A stretch of 64,000 bases of DNA from an uncultured virus (IMG/VR IMGVR_UViG_3300048839_001435) (taxonomy: Duplodnaviria > Heunggongvirae > Uroviricota > Caudoviricetes). The stretch is taken from IMG/VR virus record IMGVR_UViG_3300048839_001435, one strand, 5' to 3'. The notes under the pieces are model-generated. The model made no database searches. It had not been told where the DNA came from and was given only the letters and a program-made list of their open reading frames with translations. How positions within the stretch are numbered: the stretch's first letter is position 1; each line of letters begins with the position of its first letter. The position numbers were made by a program, and so were the translations under genes. Positions 56,316-64,000 of this stretch are shown piece after piece.

Positions 56316-57451
56316 CACCATCTATTACCTAAAAACCCAATGATTTCAACTACTTAGCCTAGATACGCGACCCTGGAGCCGGCGGGGCGGCGCCCGCCGC
56401 TGATCCCGCCCCCGAGCCGGGCTTTGCCCACCATGCCGTAGGCAAACGCGCGGGCTCGACTGACCCCCCACATTCGCGTGGAACTGGGCGCATCGCAGCT
56501 ACTGCGCAGCCATTCTTCGCAGAACGCACGGTACCGCGGTGCCGTCGGCAGCATCGCTACTCCTCGGCGAGCTGACGCCACAGCGCGAGCCGTCGCACCT
56601 GCTCGGCGCGCGCAGCGTAGTCGCAGTTGCACGGCTCGTGTATGGGGCACGCACCCGCGCCGCGGGTGTCGCAGTTGCAGGAGTGCCACGCAGCCGACTT
56701 CGGGCAGCTGAAGCGATGCGCGACGTGCGTGTCTGCCGACACATTGAGCGCGATCGTGTCACGCAACGCGGCACGGAGAACGGTGCACGTATCGCGGAGC
56801 GCATCGCGCTCGGCGACCAGACGCACAGCGAAGCCTGCGGGGTTGGCGGCATCTTCGTCGGAGTCGATCCCAAGGGCATCGCAGATCGCGTGGCGCTCCG
56901 CGAGGAGCTTGGCAACTTCAGACATGTCGACTCCTCAACCGGAGATGAACTCTCTCCGAGATCCATAGGATCAGCTCGCGCCGCGCTGCTGCTGGATCCG
57001 AGGCCCATGCACGGCCTGTGATGGGATCCCAGCCGATGTTCGGCACTTTCAGCCGGTTCCCCGATCCTCGCAGGAACAGCGTTCCGCAGGTCGCTACACC
57101 GCTCCAGTAACTGACGACAACGACTGTACTATCATTCTTGTCGCTCGCGGCGTAGCCCCAACATGGCTGGCTCTTCGGCAGCTCGAACACCTCAGGCTGA
57201 AGTCCTAGCGTAGCTTCGATCTCGTTGATGAGCTGCATCAACGGCACCACGCCTTCAGGATCGGAAGGAAGCAGGCTCATCGTAGTGCATCCAGTGCGCG
57301 GCCCCATGTCGGGCGCCGACGGTAGCCGTGCTCAGAATGGGATGTCATCGCACCGCTCTGCGTCCTGGCCGAAGACGTCCAGCGCGCGTCGCATCTCGAA
57401 CAGTCTCGTATTGCGGTCGCGGCAACTGCGAGCGTTGTCACCATTTTGAAG

Positions 57452-57982
57452 TTACTCCAGGTGCGCCCACCGCCGCCATTCCGCCTTCGGCCTCGGCCGT
57501 TTAGCATACAGCCTCGACTTCGACCTCGCCGTCGACGTTGCCGTCGACGTCGCTCCCGCCACTGACCTCGAAGTGAGCTTTGCCCACGACGGCGTATTCC
57601 CTCGCGACATCGACCTTGGCCACGCCTTGCGCTCCGTCTTCGACGACGACTTCGTTTGCGCCCACCACTTCAACCTCGAAGTCGACCACGGCTTTAAGGT
57701 CGACCACGATTTAGATCGTGACCCGTCTCCCGACTGGTCTATTAGAACCGCAGGAGTCATACGAGCCTCCCAAACTTCGCCCACGGCGGTATCGGAGCGT
57801 ACTGCGTCCGCAACCCCGACCACGACCGCGTCCGTGTCCCGAGCCGCGATCCCGACCGCGACCACACTGCCATGCGCGATTCCCAATGCCCTGACTTCGA
57901 CACCGACGATGATGCCGCCCGGGAATTCATCCACCTCGCCTTCATCCATCTCGCCGCTGCCAAAACCGACGGTCGCATCATA
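57452..57982 (-). other. Two coupled Ser/Arg/Trp-rich low-complexity ORFs
   Basis: MMRPSVL...WSRSGSR; MTPAVL...SRSKSWS. Confidence 0.55.
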
Positions 57983-58561
57983 CGAGCGCCCCCAACTTCG
58001 ACGGCGGGCGTAGCAGGCGCGGCCGGGCAGGCGGCAGCGGTAGGGACGCGAAGCCGCGTGCCGGCCAGCTTCCGGTCCGTGTTCGTGTAGGCCGACTCGA
58101 CACGCGCGGCGACAGGGTCGCCGGCGTAGCCCAGACGCTGGGCGTTGATCCAGCGCGCCAGCTGCCGGTGGTTCTTCGTCGTGGGGATCTTCATGGCGTC
58201 GCCGTGAGGCGCTGTTCGATCTCTGCAAGCAGGGCGATCAGCTGCGCGCGGTCGGCGGTCAAGAACTCGACTGCGTCAGGATCGACGCCGCAGAGCGCGA
58301 GCCAGGGCTGCCCGTAGGTGAAGAAGTCCCGGGCGACGTCGACCGCGTCGGGATCGTCGCGCTGGAGCTTGATCCGAACGACGCCCAACGCACCGCGGCC
58401 GGTCGCGCAGGTGTGTTCGATCTTCCGGCTCAGGGTCGTGCTCAGCGCCGCGCACACGCGCGCCGACTCCGTCCGATACTTGGCTGCCTGGCGCGCCGTT
58501 ACCACCGCCGCGATCGACGCCACCACGAGGATCCCGAAGGCGATCTGAAGGAACATCCGGT

Positions 58562-60043
58562 TCACGAGGCACCTCCATCGACGTCAGGCTGAACACTGCG
58601 GACCCACCGGACGATCTTCTCGCGCAGCGTCGGGCGGACCTCGAAGGGCTCGCCGCTGTCCTCGGACTGGAGCGTCCAGTGCTCGGGCTCGTCAGCCCAG
58701 TGGCTGACGTCGTACTCCTTCTCGCCGCCTTCGCTGAGGTCCCTGGCGTAGTCGGCCAGGTCATCGTCGACGAGGTTCGACAGCTTGTCGACGCCGTCAC
58801 CGTAGTTGTCTCCGTGCGCGCCTCCGCCCCACGAGGTCTTATCGTAGGTCGTGCCGGTCTTCTCGGTGCCGTGCTCGTCGAGGATCGCGACCTTCTTGTG
58901 CCCAAAGGCCACGAGCACGATCGCGCGGCGCCGGCCGCCGTCCTTGTACTTGTCGTTGAGCGTCGCGAGCCCCTGGGCCTTGAACCGCGTGTGCAGGTCG
59001 CGGACCTTGGTCTCGTACGAGGCGACGCTGTGCACTTCGGGGTTGCGGTACGCCTGAACGAGCGCGACGAGCCCCGCGTCGTCGATCTGCGCCGGCGCGG
59101 TCGCGACGACATCGTCCGACAGCATCTTGATGCTGCTCTGGACGGCCCGCAGGAACGAGACGTCGCGGCGTCCGCCGCTGCGCGCCTGCTCCTTGAGGTG
59201 TGCCCGCAGACCGCGCGAGGCGTTCTGCAGCACCGCGACGATCGCCTCCTCGGGGACCGCGTCGATCGCGCGCGCAAGGATGCCCGGCGCGACGGCGACG
59301 TTGCCGAGGACCTCCTCCTGCCACGCCTTGTTGACGTCTTCGACCTTCGCAGCAGCGCGCGCGCCCTTGAGGCCCTTGGCGACCGCGCCGATCAGCGGGC
59401 CGGTGACCGCGTAGAAGAGGAACTCGGCGAGGAAGCCCCAGCTCGACTCGTCCTTCTTGGTCAGCTCGTCGAGCTGGACGTTCTGGATGGCGTCGCGGAA
59501 GTTGTCCATCGCCGAGCCGACGACGGATCCCAGGACGATCAGCAGGCGCGTCCGGCTCTTGTCGTCGAGGAAGCACGAACCTTCGGGGTTGCCCTCCTGC
59601 TCGCAGCCGAACCCCTGATCGACGACCGGCACGCCCGTCGCCGGCGGCGCCACAGCACCGCCGTTGTGAGCTTCCAGCAGCGGCGCAGCCTCGGCGCGGA
59701 GGTTGTCCAGGTCCGTCTTGAGCGCCTCGACAGTCTCGCGGTGATCGCCGAGGTCGGCCTGATCGAGATGCGCGACGAGCGCGTCGGCCGCCGCGAACAT
59801 CGCCTCGGTCGACTTGGCGAGGGCTCCCGCGACGAGCGGATCACTCGCCTCCTGGAGCTGCCCGACGGCGACGCGGACCTGCATGTCGAGCTGCGCCAGC
59901 GCATCGACGGCCGCCTGGACGTCGAGCGCCTTCTTCTTGCGGATACCCTGAGTGCGCGTCCGCTTCCCCGGCGCGATGCTCGCCGCACCCGATGCGGCCC
60001 CAGCTCGAACATGGTCACTGGCGTATCGACGATCGTACCCCAC
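58562..60043 (-). CDS. Large helical protein with N-terminal PGKRT motif
   Basis: RBS GAGGGG; SIAPGKRTRTQG; hydrophobic segment WGFLAEFLFYAVTGPLIGAV. Confidence 0.75.
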   Translation of the reverse strand: MGYDRRYASDHVRAGAASGAASIAPGKRTRTQGIRKKKALDVQAAVDALAQLDMQVRVAVGQLQEASDPLVAGALAKSTEAMFAAADALVAHLDQADLGDHRETVEALKTDLDNLRAEAAPLLEAHNGGAVAPPATGVPVVDQGFGCEQEGNPEGSCFLDDKSRTRLLIVLGSVVGSAMDNFRDAIQNVQLDELTKKDESSWGFLAEFLFYAVTGPLIGAVAKGLKGARAAAKVEDVNKAWQEEVLGNVAVAPGILARAIDAVPEEAIVAVLQNASRGLRAHLKEQARSGGRRDVSFLRAVQSSIKMLSDDVVATAPAQIDDAGLVALVQAYRNPEVHSVASYETKVRDLHTRFKAQGLATLNDKYKDGGRRRAIVLVAFGHKKVAILDEHGTEKTGTTYDKTSWGGGAHGDNYGDGVDKLSNLVDDDLADYARDLSEGGEKEYDVSHWADEPEHWTLQSEDSGEPFEVRPTLREKIVRWVRSVQPDVDGGAS

Positions 60044-60052
60044 GATTCCCTC

Positions 60053-63000
60053 CTAGCGGCGACGACGTGCCTCTTGATCGGTGTACTTCTTCGGGACGGT
60101 GCGCGTCAGCCCGGCGAGCCGCCGCTCGGAGTACGTCTCAGGACGGTTGTCGTTCCACGAACACATCGCGGTACGTGTCGAGGGGTCAACCGAGATGACG
60201 CGCACTTGGTACAACGCCCAGTGGCGCATGGTCGTGTTGCCCGCGCGCACGCGGTGACAGTCATACAACGTCTCGCCAGCTTTGATCGTATCAAACTTCG
60301 GCATCAGACAGCCTCCAACTTGAGTAACTCACGGGGACCCCGGCCATGCGCACATTCGCGACCCTGATTTCGACCCCGCCCGCGACTCCGACCACACCGT
60401 CGCCCATGGCCTTAGCCGCGACGTCTGCGTCCTTGCCCGCGACTCCGACTTCGTTCGCGCCCATATGTTCACTCGGGACCATGACTGAGCCCCTGCCCGC
60501 GCCGCCAGAAGTGGCCGCGATAGTGGTCCAACTGAAAGCATACGGTGTTGTAGTTGTGTCGAACTATTCGCGTTCGGCGGGCGGACGGTCGCAGCGCCAG
60601 TCGCACACTCTCGTTGGGGTGCACGTCGTGCTAGAGCAGTTCTGGCCGCACGAAACCGTACGGCAGGTCGTGGTCATCCGGCAGTTGTGCTCGACGACGG
60701 TCCCGCCCGTGTCGCGACAGTGCTGGCGCTTGTTGCAGTCGTCGATGGCGAGCAGCACGAACGCCACGATGATCGTGACGACGCAGATTCCGGCGATCAG
60801 GTCACCTGACCTAACTGTCATAGGGGGCCTTCATGCGGAGGAAGAACTCGACGATTCTCGCGATCGCCGCGGCGGGATTGCGCCAATCCATAGCGTCGAC
60901 AACCGGAGCATAGTGTGACCCTCGACGGATGTAGCCAACGGCAATTCCGCGGCCTGACCACGGCTGGATCGTGTACGTGTGGTCACCGACGATCACCGTC
61001 CACCGCAACGTGCCGTAGTCGTCCACGGGCCGAGGTTCTGGTGCCTGGCCGAGCGCGCGCTCGATGGCGGTGAGCGTCATCATCAGACGCTTCGCTGCGA
61101 CGGGATCGTTGGGCAGCAGCGTCACGCGATGCGGCTCATGGCGTAGACCGCGCACCCGACGAAGAACGCGCACCCTTCGGGAGTCAGGCTCGCGGGACGC
61201 GCCCAGGAGCGCATCAACGTCCGCAGGTTGCCGTTGGTTGTCACGATGCACGGGCAGACCACACCGTAGTGGGGCCAGTACCATACGCCACAGCCTGAGG
61301 CGGCCTTCCCCAGCAGGATCTCTCCGCGCCGTTCGGTGACCTCGTTGGGGGTGTCGCAGCCGTGCGCGAGGCCGTCGTACGTCATGACTCAGCCGTTGGC
61401 GGCGATGAGCTTGGTGGCGTGGGCGACGATCTCGTCGTCGGTGACGCTCCTGTAGTCGACGTCGCAGCGGGCGTGGAGGAACTCCATGACCTGCCGGATC
61501 CAGTCCTTGGACGTGCTGTTGTCGATGTCCGGATCGCCGACCCAGACCGGCTCGCCGCGCACCCCGTTGTAGGTGTCCCGCGACAGGAACACGCTCACCT
61601 TCACCGAGACATCCATGCTGGCGTAGTGCGCCAGCGGCCACAGCACGAGCTGGTAGAGGTCGCCGTGGGGTCGCGGCCGGCCGTGGATGTCGAACACCCA
61701 CGACGACATGCCCTCTTCGCGCATCTCCTCGTCGGCGTCGTGGGGCATCGCCTCGGGGTGGGGCGAGACGCCCAACGCCAGCTCCCCGTAGGAGAGCAGC
61801 CACATCAAGAGCTTGGTCTGTTCGAGGTTCTTGGGGATCGCCATTGGCTTCGCACCTAGTTTGCGTTTGGAGACACTACACCGCGCGTATGACGCGCGCA
61901 AAGGAATTACGTATGACGAACGTCGTCAGGAGAGAAACGCCGTCACGGGCGCGCGCAGATAACGGTCGGTCCCGCCGATGAGGGAATACGCGCCGAACGT
62001 AGCCTTCAACGTCCTCGATGAACGCCGCCCAGCGGCACAAGAGAAGCTGACCCCCCAGCCACCCCCGTAGGTCGCACTTCGACTTGTACGGTAGTCGTGT
62101 TTGTTTGCGTAGAACACCGCGACGAGGTGCCGCGTGATCACTTGAGCGCGACGGCGATCTTGTCGACGACCGTCCTCCGTACTTCGTCGGCGACGATCTC
62201 GCGGGTGATCGCGTGGACCGAGGCGGTGATCTGAGCCGAGAGCTTGGCCTTGTCGAGCTGCCCGATCGCCGTCGAAATCTGCGCGCGGACAAACTGCTGG
62301 ATGCCTTCGTCGATCAGCGGCTTCGCCGCGTCGAGAAGCATCTGCCTGACCATCGACGAGTTCAGGCCGATCTCGTTCTTGAGGTACGCCTTGATGTTGC
62401 GGTAGCTGACGCGGCTGTCGTACGTGCGCCAGTCCGCGGCTTCCTCGTCGGCCAACGCATCCAGCTCCGTCGCCCACCCGGCGCGGGCTTCTGGCGAGGC
62501 GTCGCGCTTCCCCCGCAGAAGACTCACGACTTGACGCAGCGCCTGGATCCGCCGCTCGCGCTTCTGTTCGCTGGTGTCCATGGAATGGTCCTGTTGTGTT
62601 CAGATTAGGGCCGCAAGTCTTTGCGTTGCCGACATTGTTTGTTGGCCCGGCGATTGTGCCCGCGAACGCGACTCCGACCGCCGCCACCACGACGTCGATC
62701 GCGACCGCAACCCCGACGCCGATCGCGCCCCCGACTCCGACCGCGACCCAAACTGCAACCCCGACCGCGACCCGAATAGCGACGCCTGGATCCCCCTGAA
62801 GAGTGCCTGCTCAGATGATGTCGAACGTCTCGACACAGGTCTCGATCCACGCCTCGTCGTTGGGGTCCTCGTCGCCGCTGCCGGCGAGCGGCAGCTTGGC
62901 GACCGCGAACCGCCACGACTTGAGCCACGCCATGATCTTGCGCTCCGATGCCTTGCTGAAGTTCTCGGGGGCCTGACTGTCGAGGAAGTCGTCGATCGTG

Positions 63001-63958
63001 TTCAGGACGTCGCGGGGCGGATCGCCGAACTCGTGGATCTTGTCCTTGTCGGGCCGCAGCCCCGCCGACCACGAACCGTCGGCGCCGAGGACCATCCAGC
63101 CGTCGGCGCAGCGCACGTTGGTCTGCTTCTTGTTGATCCACTTCGCCAGCACCAGACACCGAGGCTTCGCCTTGCGCTTCGTCTTGCGCTTCGCCTTGGG
63201 CGACTTCGCCGGCGTCTTCGTGGTCGACTTCTTCGTGGGCTTCTTGGGCTTCGGCATGGTTGGAGTCCTTGTAGCAGCGTCAGCGGAAGCTGGCGCCTTC
63301 GATCAGGGCGATGCGGTTGAACAGTCGAACGACGTCGTCGAGGGCCTCGGGCGTCCACTTCGCCAGACGCTGCGGCTCGACGTGGTCGCGCAGCGGGCGG
63401 GCCAGCGTCGTCACCCCGAGCTGCTCGCGGGGCGTGAAGATCTCGCAGATGACCGTCGGGCCCTCGTCCCAGTCGTCACCGGCCCAGACACGCAGCTCGA
63501 TGCAGTCCCGGCGCCAGACCCAGCGGTTGCGGCTCATGTCGTCGGGATCCGGGTACGGATCCGGCGGCATCTGGAAGCGATCTTCGAGCGCGTTGATCGT
63601 CTCGTTGAGCAACACGGCGGCATCGATGTGCTGAGGAATCACAGTTCACGGCTCCTGCGATACGGTTGTTTCAGATTAGGGCCCTAATTCTTGATGGCAG
63701 CGGTGCCCCCGACGGCGATCTCGGCCACGACCACGCCCACGAACCCGACCGCGACCCCGATCTCGACTTCGAGCCCGACCTCGTCCACGCGCCCGACTGC
63801 GTCCCAGATCTCGACCCTGATCTCAGCCTCGATCGCGATCTCGATCTCGACTCCGGCCACGGCCCCGATCTCGCCTCCGATCGCGATTTCGCCACCGCAC
63901 GCGACCTCGCCCACGACTCCGACAGCTCCACGGCGGCGTTGATGTGCTGATGGATCAC
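60053..63958 (-). other. Run of small hypothetical genes (e.g. 60053-60304, 60564-60821, 61389-61844, 62138-62581, 62811-63257, 63280-63642) with three Ser/Arg/Trp-rich ORFs
   Basis: Coupled minus-strand ORFs with GGAG/AGGA RBSs. Confidence 0.6.
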
Positions 63959-64000
63959 GGTTCGGCCACGGTTCAGCTCTCCTGCAACGCGGCGGCGGCT

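Noticed and set aside
55366..56356. Prophage boundary (attL/attR) at the recombinase
   Set aside because: The same gene style continues on both sides; no host housekeeping genes or target tRNA
6184..60367. Long antisense ORFs such as 6184-8325, 19470-21740, 47596-49521 and 58679-60367
   Set aside because: Shadow frames of GC3-biased real genes; no motifs
57452..63958. Diversity-generating retroelement behind the Ser/Arg-rich ORFs
   Set aside because: No reverse transcriptase and no template/variable repeat pair seen

Overview
High-GC window that looks like part of a large temperate or plasmid-like bacterial virus. The host is probably a myxobacterium (Kofleriaceae/Haliangiales-like), inferred from protein style and not tested. 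No terminase, portal, HK97 capsid, DNA polymerase, rRNA or CRISPR array is visible. Main contents: (1) an array of 44 tRNA or tRNA-like genes (8387-15594) covering all 20 amino acids, many structurally atypical, interspersed with HNH and small ORFs. (2) A non-coding region (about 18890-19355) with two circularly permuted tRNA-like domains (T-arm, acceptor 3' strand and UCCA come before the acceptor 5' strand and D-arm), downstream of a conserved uncharacterised protein; this is the best candidate for an undescribed RNA-protein system. (3) About ten short operons of basic Cys/Arg/Lys-rich proteins, membrane-anchored proteins, beta-rich putative virion proteins, lysis enzymes and small enzymes. 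Each is preceded by a shared 16-bp GATC-N8-GATC palindrome plus a -10 box, mostly leaderless, and many products carry a hydrophobic-x-Gly plus poly-Arg tail. (4) A tyrosine recombinase with a 28-bp dif-like site directly upstream. (5) Long minus-strand runs of small hypothetical genes, XRE and RHH regulators, a histone H1-like protein and a family of Ser/Arg/Trp-rich low-complexity ORFs. All family assignments are by motif recognition; no database search was run.
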